DNA of 64,000 nucleotides, from positions 256,001 through 320,000 of the forward strand of contig CAWKFG010000004.1 in assembly GCA_963848965.1 (NCBI GenBank). Reading direction: 5' to 3'. Below the pieces are notes generated by a model that searched no databases, was not told where the DNA came from, and saw only the letters and a list, made by a program, of their open reading frames with translations. The position numbers were made by a program, and so were the translations under genes. The stretch comes from an uncultured bacterium. Its GTDB lineage: Bacteria; Babelota; Babeliae; Babelales; Babelaceae. Below, one piece after another: positions 48,017 through 58,138 of the stretch; the first letter of the stretch is position 1; every line of letters begins with the position of its first letter.

Positions 48017-49294
48017 TCATTCTTTACTATCTTCTTCCTTTTGTAAAACATAGGTGTGATATTTATTATACAAAGTAGAAGAAGTTGTTATAATGTCGTT
48101 TCCTTTAATTTTATTACATGTTCCAAGAATAACATTTTTCGGTTTGACCAAGGTAATAAACGTATTCTTGAGATTTCTATAGCAATAGCGCTTAACCCAC
48201 TTTCTTCCTACTACTGCTTTACTTAAATAGTGCTCATAATTAGAATATACATCTCTCATTGCTTCACGTACATCATTGATTTTACAATTAAAGTAGTACC
48301 CTATATGCTTTTTAAATTCACTATAGTAGGCAGGCTCCATAATAAGACTTGGTACAGCTCGTACCAAACCTGTATCACAAATGGTGGTATGCGCAGTATT
48401 TTTACTCAAAATACATGGTATACCTAAAGCGAGTGCTTCACGAGGTGTAATAGAAAAACCTTCTCCTTTTGATATAAAAACATAACAATCAAGTGATGAT
48501 AAGAAAGAGAAATATTCCTTTCTGTTAAATCGCTTTTTTATCAGCTGTATATTAGGACAGCCTGCTACTTTTATCAGATTCTCTAGAGAGCTCTCAATCT
48601 CGCTTTCATCCTTTCTTCTTGCATGTACCCTTAGTTGCACTTGAGCGTTATTACCAAACTCTCTTATAAACGCTCTTACCAATGATTCCAAATTTTTACG
48701 AGGATAAAATGTCCCCGAAACACCAAAAGTAAAGAGTTCATTTTTTTTGTCCTTTAATGGTTGCTCAAGAAATTCATCAAGATACAAACTATAGGGAATA
48801 ACAAAAATAGGGATCTTTACGCCAGACCGCTTATATACAGGTACAAGAAATTTATCTGGAACTACTACCGCATCAAAACTGTGATTAAGAATAGTAACCC
48901 ATTGTTGAGGGATCTCTGTTGATTCAAACATTGAATAAGCAATTTTTATGGGGCTTTCCTGAGGTACCGTATATGCTGGAAATACCCGAGGAATCCATAA
49001 AAGATCACAAAAAAGTGCAACTTTACCTGGAGTCTTATCTGGATTTTGTGCGATTTTTCGCACCCGCAATGGTATATCGTCATAATTAAGCCCATAAGCA
49101 CATCTTGTACGAATAAAGTTTACCTTAAGGTTATCTTTAAATGTATCAATTAATATAATAGGAAATCGGGCTAGACTTTCTGAAAATTGCATTTCACCTA
49201 TGACAGTTACATCATAGTGAGAATTTACAGCATCGAGAGCACTATACGCTGTAAAAAGACAGAAAAAAATACTTATAAAAAAGAGCTTCATCAC
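48017..49294 (-). CDS. GT4-like (GT-B) glycosyltransferase with signal peptide, paralog A
   Basis: KIAYSMFESTEIP, RKN, SKGEGFSITPREALALGIPCI (EX7E motif). Confidence 0.85.
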   Translation of the reverse strand: MMKLFFISIFFCLFTAYSALDAVNSHYDVTVIGEMQFSESLARFPIILIDTFKDNLKVNFIRTRCAYGLNYDDIPLRVRKIAQNPDKTPGKVALFCDLLWIPRVFPAYTVPQESPIKIAYSMFESTEIPQQWVTILNHSFDAVVVPDKFLVPVYKRSGVKIPIFVIPYSLYLDEFLEQPLKDKKNELFTFGVSGTFYPRKNLESLVRAFIREFGNNAQVQLRVHARRKDESEIESSLENLIKVAGCPNIQLIKKRFNRKEYFSFLSSLDCYVFISKGEGFSITPREALALGIPCILSKNTAHTTICDTGLVRAVPSLIMEPAYYSEFKKHIGYYFNCKINDVREAMRDVYSNYEHYLSKAVVGRKWVKRYCYRNLKNTFITLVKPKNVILGTCNKIKGNDIITTSSTLYNKYHTYVLQKEEDSKE

Positions 49295-49333
49295 AATTTT
49301 TTCTCCCTATCAAGCATCTGTAATTATCATTAC

Positions 49334-49363
49334 ACTATAATTTTGCTGATACTATTGAGTCAA
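49334..49363 (-). promoter_or_regulatory. Sigma70-type promoter of paralog A
   Basis: TTGACT-18 nt-TATAGT on minus strand; near-duplicate upstream of paralog B. Confidence 0.6.
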
Positions 49364-49392
49364 GAAAAAGAAATAATAGAGAGGGAAAGTAT

Positions 49393-50631
49393 TCATTTAA
49401 TAACGTATGTATAATATTTCTTATAGAGAGCCAATGAATTTGTTATAAGATAACCATCTTTAATTTCATTAGATTGTCCAAGTATAAGTTTCTTTGGCTT
49501 TACCAGAGTCACATACCTATTTTTGAGCCTCTTATAAGAATAGTACGCGCTCCATAAGCGTCGTTGAATAGCATTACCAAGATAGTGATCATAATTTTTA
49601 TAGACATCTCTCATCGCTTTTCTTACGTCTTCTTCTTTGCAATTAAAATAATAACCTATCTGGCCATTAAATGAAGGGTAAAACGCAGGCTCTGCAATAG
49701 AGCAAGGAACTGGATACACTAAACCTGTATTACAAATGGTGATATGCGCAGTATTTCTACTTAAAATACAGGGTATACCTAAAGCAAGTGCTTCACGAGG
49801 TGTAATAGAAAAACCTTCTCCTTTTGATATAAAAACATAACAATCAAGTGATGATAAGAAAGAGAAATATTCCTTTCTGTTAAATCGCTTTCTTATTAGC
49901 TCTACATTAGAACAATCTGCTGCTTTTATTATATTCTTTATAGAGCGCTCAATTTCGCTTTCATCCTTTCTTCTTGCATGTACCTTTAGTTGCACTCGAG
50001 CGTTAGTACCAAACTCTTTTATAAACGCTCTTACAAGTAATTCCAAATTTTTACGAGGATAAAATGTCCCCGAAACACCAAAGGTAAAGAGTTCATTTTT
50101 CTTGTCTTTTAATGGTTGCTTAAGAAACTCATCAAGATACAAACCATAGGGAATAACAAAAATAGGAATCTTTACCCCAGATCGCTTATATATAGGCACA
50201 AGAAATTTATCTGGAACTACTACTGCATCAAATCTATTATTAAGAACAGTAACCCATTGCGGCGGTATAGCGCTTGACTCTAGCATTGAGTAGGCAATTT
50301 TTATAGGAGAATTCGGTACTAACCGTGCAGGAAATATATGCTTAGTCCAAAGAAGATCACAAAAAAGTGTAACTTTACCTGACGTCTTGTCAGAATTCTT
50401 TGCAATATGCTGCACCTTTAAGGGAACATCCTCAAAAGATGGCTCCATATAAGGCCTGCTAAAAATGAAATTTACTTTTAGATCATCTTTCAGCATGTCT
50501 ATTAATACAATAGGAAATCGTGCTAGACTTTCTGAAAATTTCATCTCACCTACTACTGTTACGTCATAGTTAGGTGCAGTATAAAACGTAAACAAAAAGC
50601 TAAAAACATAACCTGCTATAAGGAATCTCAT
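49393..50631 (-). CDS. GT4-like glycosyltransferase with signal peptide, paralog B
   Basis: Probable start MRFLIA at 50631; same family motifs as paralog A. Confidence 0.85.
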   Translation of the reverse strand: MRFLIAGYVFSFLFTFYTAPNYDVTVVGEMKFSESLARFPIVLIDMLKDDLKVNFIFSRPYMEPSFEDVPLKVQHIAKNSDKTSGKVTLFCDLLWTKHIFPARLVPNSPIKIAYSMLESSAIPPQWVTVLNNRFDAVVVPDKFLVPIYKRSGVKIPIFVIPYGLYLDEFLKQPLKDKKNELFTFGVSGTFYPRKNLELLVRAFIKEFGTNARVQLKVHARRKDESEIERSIKNIIKAADCSNVELIRKRFNRKEYFSFLSSLDCYVFISKGEGFSITPREALALGIPCILSRNTAHITICNTGLVYPVPCSIAEPAFYPSFNGQIGYYFNCKEEDVRKAMRDVYKNYDHYLGNAIQRRLWSAYYSYKRLKNRYVTLVKPKKLILGQSNEIKDGYLITNSLALYKKYYTYVIK

Positions 50632-50671
50632 ACAGCCTTCCTGGTACTTATAAGCATCATAGTAAACAGTT

Positions 50672-50701
50672 ACTATAATTTTGCTCATAGTAGTAAGTCA
50701 A
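50672..50701 (-). promoter_or_regulatory. Sigma70-type promoter of paralog B
   Basis: TTGACT-18 nt-TATAGT on minus strand. Confidence 0.6.
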
Positions 50702-50758
50702 GAAAAGGTGAAAAATTTTCCTTTTCTATAAGAAGAAAAGAGCCATGACATACATAGC

Positions 50759-51181
50759 TTATTCCTCCATACAGCGCACAAGAAATCCTTCCAGTGCCTT
50801 AGAAAGTTCACTATCATTGAGGGATGCTAATGCACACCTATGCTCTGATGAAAGCTTAAAATTACGAGAATAACTTCTTTGCCTGCTTTCAAACATCTTT
50901 TTTTTCTTAATCTCTTCTACTAATTTAAATTTAAGCTGAGTAATGCGTGGTTTATCTAAGTTTTTATTAATTGAGTCTAACAATACCTTAGAAAGCATAA
51001 ACAATTCTTGCATCCAGTGAGCTTCATATACTCCTATTACAAGAGTAGCATCATAAATTTTTTCCAATCGTATTCGTGTTTCTAATGAACCAACAATAGA
51101 CTGCCAATTTCGCAAAAGCTGAAATCGCCAATCATTATTAGAACCTAGCACATTAGATAAAAGATGATTAAGGTTAAGCAT
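50759..51181 (-). CDS. DUF721/DciA-family protein
   Basis: LLRNWQSIVG..L..TR, LVIGVYEAHWMQELFML..LL..IN..L..ITQLKF; probable start MLNLNH. Confidence 0.75.
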   Translation of the reverse strand: MLNLNHLLSNVLGSNNDWRFQLLRNWQSIVGSLETRIRLEKIYDATLVIGVYEAHWMQELFMLSKVLLDSINKNLDKPRITQLKFKLVEEIKKKKMFESRQRSYSRNFKLSSEHRCALASLNDSELSKALEGFLVRCMEE

Positions 51182-51348
51182 GGTATTCATTTCATTAAGA
51201 CACATACACTTCTTATACATTTAATATAAAAATGATAAGAAACTCAAGTCTTGACTTTTGTATAATTAATCTTGCTAACTACTGTAGTAAGCTATTTATA
51301 ATAATGGCCCTCTGCGATCGATACAACCTTACTATACATGGGACATAG

Positions 51349-52590
51349 ATGCAGAAATATATCTTAAAGTTTATCTTTTTTGTCATTTTAAATCTCGTAT
51401 GTCGCACTTCAAAAACCGCATTTGATTTAACTCTTATTGGTCCATTACATTTTGCTGATGGGTTAGGACGCTCAACAATTATACTAATGGATATGTTGAA
51501 GAGAGATTTACGCATAAATTTTATTTGTTCTCGAGAAAAAATTCGGTTAACTGATGTTGTCTCTTCTATTAGACCTATTATAATGAATCCCGACACATCA
51601 CCTGGTAAAGTCTCATTACTTGTTGATGCACTATGGTATACATGGCATCCGGCATATTTATATGTGCCAACTAGTGATATAAAGATTGCCTATTCAATGC
51701 TTGAATCAACAGAGATTCCCCAACAATGGGTTACTATTCTGAATAACCAATTTGATGCAGTAGTAGTACCTGATAAGTTTCTTGTACAAGTATACAAACA
51801 ATCGGACGTAAAGATTCCTATTTTCTTGCTACCATGTGGCTTGTATCTTGAGGAATTTTTAAATCACCCTCAAAAAAAACAAAAAAACACCCCTTTTGTT
51901 TTTGGTATGTCAGCAACACTTACACCACGCAAAAATTATCTGACACTGGTTAAAGCATTTGCTCAAGAATTCGGTAACAATCCTCTTGTACAATTAAAGC
52001 TTCACGCGCGTAGCACTGATAAAAAAAGCCTTGCATCTTTTAAACAAATAATAAAGCATTTACATCTTAATAACGTAGAACTTACTGTTAAATCCTCTAC
52101 TCAACAAGAATATTTAGAATTCATGAAATCTCTTGATTGCTATATTTTACTTTCTAAAGGAGAAGGTTTTTCTATTACACCTCGTGAAGCACTCGCTTTA
52201 GGTATACCATGTATTTTGAGTAAAAATACTGCGCATACCACCATTTGTAACACAGGTTTGGTACGAGCTGTACCAAGTCTTATTATGGAGCCTGCCTACT
52301 ATAGTGAATTTAAAAAGCACATAGGGTACTACTTTAATTGTAAAATCAATGATGTACGTGAAGCAATGAGAGATGTATACTCTAATTATGAGCACTATTT
52401 AAGTAAAGCAGTAGTAGCAAGAGAATGGGTCCAGCAATACACCTTAAAAAACTTAAGACCATTTTACCTAAACTTAATCAAACCGAAAAAAGTCACTCTC
52501 GGTCACTATAACAGTATTAACGAGCATGGTCTTATTACCAACTCAAAAGAACTTTATAGGAAATATATAAACCTCGTTGTCAGATCCTAA
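51349..52590 (+). CDS. GT4-like glycosyltransferase with signal peptide, paralog C
   Basis: FADGLGR, KIAYSMLESTEIP, SKGEGFSITPREALALGIPCI. Confidence 0.85.
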   Translation: MQKYILKFIFFVILNLVCRTSKTAFDLTLIGPLHFADGLGRSTIILMDMLKRDLRINFICSREKIRLTDVVSSIRPIIMNPDTSPGKVSLLVDALWYTWHPAYLYVPTSDIKIAYSMLESTEIPQQWVTILNNQFDAVVVPDKFLVQVYKQSDVKIPIFLLPCGLYLEEFLNHPQKKQKNTPFVFGMSATLTPRKNYLTLVKAFAQEFGNNPLVQLKLHARSTDKKSLASFKQIIKHLHLNNVELTVKSSTQQEYLEFMKSLDCYILLSKGEGFSITPREALALGIPCILSKNTAHTTICNTGLVRAVPSLIMEPAYYSEFKKHIGYYFNCKINDVREAMRDVYSNYEHYLSKAVVAREWVQQYTLKNLRPFYLNLIKPKKVTLGHYNSINEHGLITNSKELYRKYINLVVRS

Positions 52591-52719
52591 GGAATATATT
52601 TCTTCTGGACTGAAACCATTGAGATGGAAGGTTATGTTATCTTCTTTCTTATTCAATCAAATAGTCATAAATTGTTGTTTTACGGTCATTCATTTTAATA
52701 GGATGTAAAAAAACAATAT

Positions 52720-53550
52720 ATGTATAGGTATTCTATGGCAATAAGATTTTTTATAATGAGCATGTTGTGCTTATCCTACAATATTATTGAGTCAAAAATT
52801 GAACAAAGAGAAGAGCTAAAATTAGTTGTCTCATTGCCTAAAAGTGGTACTCATCTTGTATTAAAATTACTTGATCATCTTGGTATAAAAAATCATTTTA
52901 GTTCTTATGAACTACTAAAAATTGACCCAAAAGATATTAATAATTTAAAGGCTGACCAGTTTTATGTAACCCACGCTCCTTGTTTACCAGCTAACCTTAA
53001 AGCTCTAAAAGGACATACTATAAAGGGAATTTTTATCTACAGAGATCCCCGTGATGTACTTATATCCGATTATTATTGGATAAAAAAATATCCTCCCGCA
53101 TGGCCTCACTTAAAAAACTTAAGCTTTAATGATCTTTTATTTAAACTTATTTATGAGTATAACTCTTTCTTATACCAATTATTTTCAGTTTATCCCTATC
53201 TCCCTCTCTATAAAAGCATAGAACAATTCTATAATCTCTACCTTCCGTGGCAAAATATACCAGGTATATATACTACTGCCTTCGAACGATTAATCGGTCC
53301 ACAGGGAGGTGGTAAAAAGTATACTCAAATAAGAGAGATACTCCAGATAGCACATCACTTCAACAAGAGGATAAGCATTCAAGAAGCTGAAAACATCGCC
53401 GATAAGTTATTTGGGGGAACTAATACGTTTAGAAAAGGAGAAATAGGCAGCTGGCAAGACCACTTTACTTATGAGCACAAAATAGCCTTTAAGAAAGTTA
53501 CGAGAACTCTTCTTGTAAAGCTAAAATATGAAAAGAATGATAATTGGTAA
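52720..53550 (+). CDS. Sulfotransferase with signal peptide (paralog 2)
   Basis: SLPKSGTHL, YRDPRDVLIS, FERLIGPQGGG, FRKGEIGSWQ. Confidence 0.85.
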   Translation: MYRYSMAIRFFIMSMLCLSYNIIESKIEQREELKLVVSLPKSGTHLVLKLLDHLGIKNHFSSYELLKIDPKDINNLKADQFYVTHAPCLPANLKALKGHTIKGIFIYRDPRDVLISDYYWIKKYPPAWPHLKNLSFNDLLFKLIYEYNSFLYQLFSVYPYLPLYKSIEQFYNLYLPWQNIPGIYTTAFERLIGPQGGGKKYTQIREILQIAHHFNKRISIQEAENIADKLFGGTNTFRKGEIGSWQDHFTYEHKIAFKKVTRTLLVKLKYEKNDNW

Positions 53551-53569
53551 AAGTAAGATAAGCACCTAT

Positions 53570-54871
53570 TTACTCATAAGAGCTCTTGTAGTTAATCCTC
53601 CCTAAACCATTAACAATTTTTTGATATTTTGCATGTAAAACAGGTGAATTAGTGACTAAGTATCCATCACCTATATAATTATGCTCTCCCAAAATGACTG
53701 TTTTAGGTTTAATAAGAGCTAGATAATAAGATTTTAAATTAGAATAATGATAATGAGATGCCCACCTTCTTCGTTCAGCAGCATTTCTTAAGTAAGCAGA
53801 ATAATTATCATAAACTCTTCGTAAGGCTTGTCGAACATCCGAAAGAAGACAATTAAATTTTTCCCCACAATCAAAACCAAATACAGAATAATAAGCTCGC
53901 TCCCTAAGATTACAATTAACTGCTTCTACAAGACCAGTTCTACATATGCTTGCATGAGCAGTATTATTCGAAAGGATACAAGGAAGTCCAAGAGCCATAG
54001 CCTCACGAGGAGTAGTAGAAAACCCTTCTCCCTTAGAAATGATAGCATAGCAGTCAAGGCTACTCATAAATGCTAGGTATTCTCTATTGGAAAAACTTTT
54101 TTGCTTTATTTTAATATTTTTATATTTTGTTGTTAGTTTTTTTACCTCTGGATCTATTTCTCCCCCTCTTCCATGGATTAAGAGTTGGACCCGTTGATTA
54201 TTTTTAAACTCTTTACTAAATGCTTTTGCTAAAAGCGCATAGTTTTTCTCGGGAACAAATCTTCCTGAATAACCAAAGGTAAATATATTATTTGCTTTAC
54301 TTTTTAAAGGTTGAGTCAAAAATTCATTAAGATAAAGAGGAAGACCCATAGTAAAAATTGGAATTTTAACTCCTGATTGTTCATATACTTCAATTAAAAA
54401 TTCATCCGGTACAGCTACTAAATCAAATTTAGAATTTAAAATATTAACCCACTTTTTTGGTATAGCAGTTGATTCTATCATCGAAATAGCTATCTTCAAA
54501 GAGGAATCTGGTAGAGCTTCATAAGGACTTCCATGTCGAACCCATAATTGCTCAAATATGAGCGCAACTTTTCCCGGTATCTTGTTCGGAGTGTTAACAA
54601 TTGTTTTTACTGATTCAGGAACATCTTTAAAATCAATCGGTACTAACTTACTATGAATAAAGTTTATTTTTAAATCCTGCTTTAACATGTCTATTAGAGT
54701 AATAGGCAATCTTGCAAGCCCATCAGCAAATTTAATAGAGCCTACCACTGTTAAATCAGGAGTTAGATCACCAATTAACGAGCTGCAAAAGCACACTGCT
54801 ATAGCTAATAAATACCTATTTTTATCATAGAACATGATATCCTTTATGATTAAGCAAAACTGATAGACCAA
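53570..54871 (-). CDS. GT4-like glycosyltransferase with signal peptide, paralog D
   Basis: FADGLAR, KIAISMIESTAIP, SKGEGFSTTPREAMALG; true start may be the internal MFYDK. Confidence 0.85.
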   Translation of the reverse strand: MVYQFCLIIKDIMFYDKNRYLLAIAVCFCSSLIGDLTPDLTVVGSIKFADGLARLPITLIDMLKQDLKINFIHSKLVPIDFKDVPESVKTIVNTPNKIPGKVALIFEQLWVRHGSPYEALPDSSLKIAISMIESTAIPKKWVNILNSKFDLVAVPDEFLIEVYEQSGVKIPIFTMGLPLYLNEFLTQPLKSKANNIFTFGYSGRFVPEKNYALLAKAFSKEFKNNQRVQLLIHGRGGEIDPEVKKLTTKYKNIKIKQKSFSNREYLAFMSSLDCYAIISKGEGFSTTPREAMALGLPCILSNNTAHASICRTGLVEAVNCNLRERAYYSVFGFDCGEKFNCLLSDVRQALRRVYDNYSAYLRNAAERRRWASHYHYSNLKSYYLALIKPKTVILGEHNYIGDGYLVTNSPVLHAKYQKIVNGLGRINYKSSYE

Positions 54872-55582
54872 TTAGTCAATTCTACAAAAGAGAACATTTC
54901 CAAATTTTCCTAAAGCCTGCGGTGTTCTATCTTCTTGTACAACTTTAAAGCCTTGTTTTTTAAGCCACGCTTTAAGCTGTGGGTAAAGTATTATACCCTC
55001 ATAAAGTTCAGCAAAGCTTACTTCCGTATAAATAGCCTTAACAGTTTTTAGTATCTTTGTACTTGCTTGAAGTGCAATCGGTTCAGCTCCCTGCATATCC
55101 AGCCACAAAAAGTCTATTCTTTGAAGACCAAGCCTTTGAGCCCACTCATCTAAGGTTATAGTTTCTACAATGGTTTGCTCTGGAAAGGTAATAGTAGGAT
55201 CTACGTTAAGATGCTCCTTAGGCTTAAACAAAGAGCTAGAACCGTTTATATTACCTTGGCTTACAAACATAGTTGCCTTACCATTAGTATTACTTAAAGC
55301 TCTTTGTATACACATAATATTCCTGTGTTTACTTGTTCTTTGTTTCAATTGTTGAAATAAAAGAGGAATTGGTTCAAATGCAAAAATAAAGCCTTTAGGC
55401 CATAGTTTACTCATTTCTATTGTATCTGTTCCGATATGCGCTCCTGCTTCTACAATAATAGGATTTTCTGGAAGATACTTCGCAATAAGGTGCTTAGAGA
55501 TAACCCCTTGTTTAACTTTTGCTTCTAAGGAAATTACAGAACAGGTTAATCCGATCACTATAACACTGAATAAGCTTTTCAT
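54872..55582 (-). CDS. FkbM-family methyltransferase with signal peptide
   Basis: IIVEAGAHIG, FAFEP, ITLDEW, IDFLWLDMQGAE, YTEV. Confidence 0.9.
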   Translation of the reverse strand: MKSLFSVIVIGLTCSVISLEAKVKQGVISKHLIAKYLPENPIIVEAGAHIGTDTIEMSKLWPKGFIFAFEPIPLLFQQLKQRTSKHRNIMCIQRALSNTNGKATMFVSQGNINGSSSLFKPKEHLNVDPTITFPEQTIVETITLDEWAQRLGLQRIDFLWLDMQGAEPIALQASTKILKTVKAIYTEVSFAELYEGIILYPQLKAWLKKQGFKVVQEDRTPQALGKFGNVLFCRID

Positions 55583-55866
55583 AGCACTTCCTCTTTAAGT
55601 ATCGTATTAGCTTCTAGCCAGTAGAATAGCTAAATCCTTACACAAGGGTCAATAGTATTAAAGACTTTATTTTTCTTTGCAAAAGAAGAAATATACACTG
55701 TTACAAAGCTCATTACCGAACGCTGCACTTAGTAAGCACTCTATGCTACCAAAATATAAATTGCCTTTTTTAAAAACCATAACATGATTCTTGATTTACG
55801 ATAATATTTTTCGCTAACTTATGGAGGAATCAAAACATTCCTAAGATTAAAACATGGAGGAAGATA

Positions 55867-57108
55867 ATGACTTTTATTAATTGTGTTATATGGAGCTTAA
55901 TGATTCTCTCTACAACATTTGTTAGCTGTAAAGTCGACGTTACACTTATAACACCTTATATAAAATTCGGTTGCAGCGTAAGCAGGCTACCAATAGGATT
56001 TATTGATATTTTAGGAGATACATTACGTTTCAACGTTATTACCAGTAGACCAGTTAAGCCCGACTATACAGATATACCATACCATGTTCAAAAAGTTCTT
56101 AAAAGTCCTTATAAAAAGGCTGGTCAAGTTGCCATACTCTATGATGTTCTTTGGGACTTAGTCAACGAACCAACCAAATTTGTACCTGCTGAAAGTAAAA
56201 TTAAGATAGCTTACTCTATGTTTGAAGCAACAGCAATTCCTCGCAAATGGGTTCAAATACTAAACACTCAATTTGACGCTGTAGTCGTACCAGATAAATC
56301 TTTAATAGATATTTATGTAAGAGGTGGCGTAAAAATACCTGTATTTGAACTGCCAGGAGCATTATACCTTGATGGCTTTTTACGTCAACCAGTTAAAACT
56401 AAGCGCAATAAGATATTTACCTTTGGAACATCAGCTGGATACTTCCCTTGGAAAAATACTGAAGTTTTGATAAAAGCATTTCATAAAGAATTTGGAACTA
56501 ATAAAAACGTGAGACTTATTGTACATTCAAGAGGCGGAACAGACTACGTAAGGAACTCTATTAAAAAACTTTTAAAAGAAGCGAAAGCTAACAATATAAT
56601 ACTTATTGAACAGAGACTTGCTCAAAGTGACTTTATAAAACTTTTATCAAGCTTTGATTGCTATGCATTTTTATCAAAGGGGGAAGGATTCTCTAATACT
56701 CCTCGTGAATTACTTGCAATGGGCATTCCTTGCATTTTAAGCAACAATACTGCACACAGAACCATTTGTAATACTGGTTTTGTAAGAGCTGTTGACTCAA
56801 AAATAAAAGAACCGGCTAACTATCCTCATTTTGGAGGTTATTGCTGTGGCTCATTCTTTAACTGTACCGTTAAAGATGTCAGAGAAGCTTTACGAGACGT
56901 ATATAACAATTATCCTACTTATCTTGCTAAAGCTCATAAAGGAAGAGAGTGGGTTAAAAAGTATGACTATCCTAACTTAAAATTTAAACATTTAAACATC
57001 GTTAAACCGGTCAAAGTCATTCTCGGCAATAGAAACGTCATAAAGAATGACTACCTTATGACTACTTCACCAAAGCTCTATAGAAAATATTTAAGCATCA
57101 TATCTTAG
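55867..57108 (+). CDS. GT4-like glycosyltransferase with signal peptide, paralog E
   Basis: KIAYSMFEATAIP, SKGEGFSNTPRELLAMGIPCI. Confidence 0.85.
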   Translation: MTFINCVIWSLMILSTTFVSCKVDVTLITPYIKFGCSVSRLPIGFIDILGDTLRFNVITSRPVKPDYTDIPYHVQKVLKSPYKKAGQVAILYDVLWDLVNEPTKFVPAESKIKIAYSMFEATAIPRKWVQILNTQFDAVVVPDKSLIDIYVRGGVKIPVFELPGALYLDGFLRQPVKTKRNKIFTFGTSAGYFPWKNTEVLIKAFHKEFGTNKNVRLIVHSRGGTDYVRNSIKKLLKEAKANNIILIEQRLAQSDFIKLLSSFDCYAFLSKGEGFSNTPRELLAMGIPCILSNNTAHRTICNTGFVRAVDSKIKEPANYPHFGGYCCGSFFNCTVKDVREALRDVYNNYPTYLAKAHKGREWVKKYDYPNLKFKHLNIVKPVKVILGNRNVIKNDYLMTTSPKLYRKYLSIIS

Positions 57109-57120
57109 TACTCACTACAA

Positions 57121-57150
57121 TGGCAGAGTAAGAATTATCTTACTCTGCCA
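57121..57150. terminator. Terminator between convergent genes
   Basis: TGGCAGAGTAAGA-atta-TCTTACTCTGCCA. Confidence 0.8.
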
Positions 57151-57162
57151 CTCTGTTTTTGC

Positions 57163-57870
57163 TCAACGTTTTGAGTCATTTTTATCTACTGTAATTGAAT
57201 CCAATAACCAGAGACCTAAATACTTATGAGGTTCATCCTCTTTTATAAGCAAGATCGGTTTTGGTAAACTAAATGGAGGTTTTTCTAAGTCCAAAGGTCT
57301 CCATAAACCCATTGCTATATTAGTATTATGAGGAGTGTTTGGCCATCCTCTCCATGTCGTTGCTAAAAGATATTTAGCTTTACTTTTTTTGAAATTAGCA
57401 AGCGTTGAAAAAACATCCTTATAGGGAAGATGTGCCAGTAAATCGCGGCAAAGAATAAGATCAACTTGAGGAAGATCATCCTTAATAGCATTTAAACGTA
57501 AGAATGTTCTTCCTGGAGAACTATATCGCTTATTATTGTTATTTATAATTTGCTTTACTATATCTACTCCTATATATTTGCATTTTGCTAGCTTAACATT
57601 TTTCATCCAATAAAAGTCGCCACATGGAGCGTCTAACAATGATGTTACTTTCAGCTGTTTTAGCAATTGCGGTAATTTGCGCCTTATGGTTACCGTAAAG
57701 CGCATTGTAGATCCAATACCGGATGCAGTCTCTTTTACACGCCACCCATTTTTATTATATATGTTTGTAAATACAGCTACTGGATCTGAACCTCCCTGAA
57801 CTGCTGCAAAGACAAGAAGTGTTTGCATAAATAAAATCATTTTCTTCATTATCATCTCCTTTATAAGCAT
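57163..57870 (-). CDS. Class I SAM-dependent methyltransferase with signal peptide
   Basis: FTNIY..NGW..ETASGIGS, LLDAPCGDFYW, YIGVDIV, DLILCRDLLAHL. Confidence 0.85.
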   Translation of the reverse strand: MLIKEMIMKKMILFMQTLLVFAAVQGGSDPVAVFTNIYNKNGWRVKETASGIGSTMRFTVTIRRKLPQLLKQLKVTSLLDAPCGDFYWMKNVKLAKCKYIGVDIVKQIINNNNKRYSSPGRTFLRLNAIKDDLPQVDLILCRDLLAHLPYKDVFSTLANFKKSKAKYLLATTWRGWPNTPHNTNIAMGLWRPLDLEKPPFSLPKPILLIKEDEPHKYLGLWLLDSITVDKNDSKR

Positions 57871-58138
57871 ATCTCACTATAAACATCTTTTAAATTTTGC
57901 CATATTTCAATTCTCTGATCATTATAATAACCTACTCTACCAATGCTTCTATGTTTAATTATATCATCCTTAACTCCTGTCTTTTACCTATGTGCTTTGT
58001 AACTCTCTAGATAGCATCTGATGTTACCTTATGACAATGCAATCGCTTTAAGGCTATAACAATAAGATTCTTCTCAGTAACAAACCCTTACGGGAAAAAT
58101 GTAGTGGATACTTAACCTGAACTCAATTTAAGCAGCTC

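Noticed and set aside
48230..52395. Near-identical 65-aa ORFs at 48230-48427 (+) and 52198-52395 (-)
   Set aside because: They are antisense shadows of the 262-bp duplicated glycosyltransferase tract, not independent genes.
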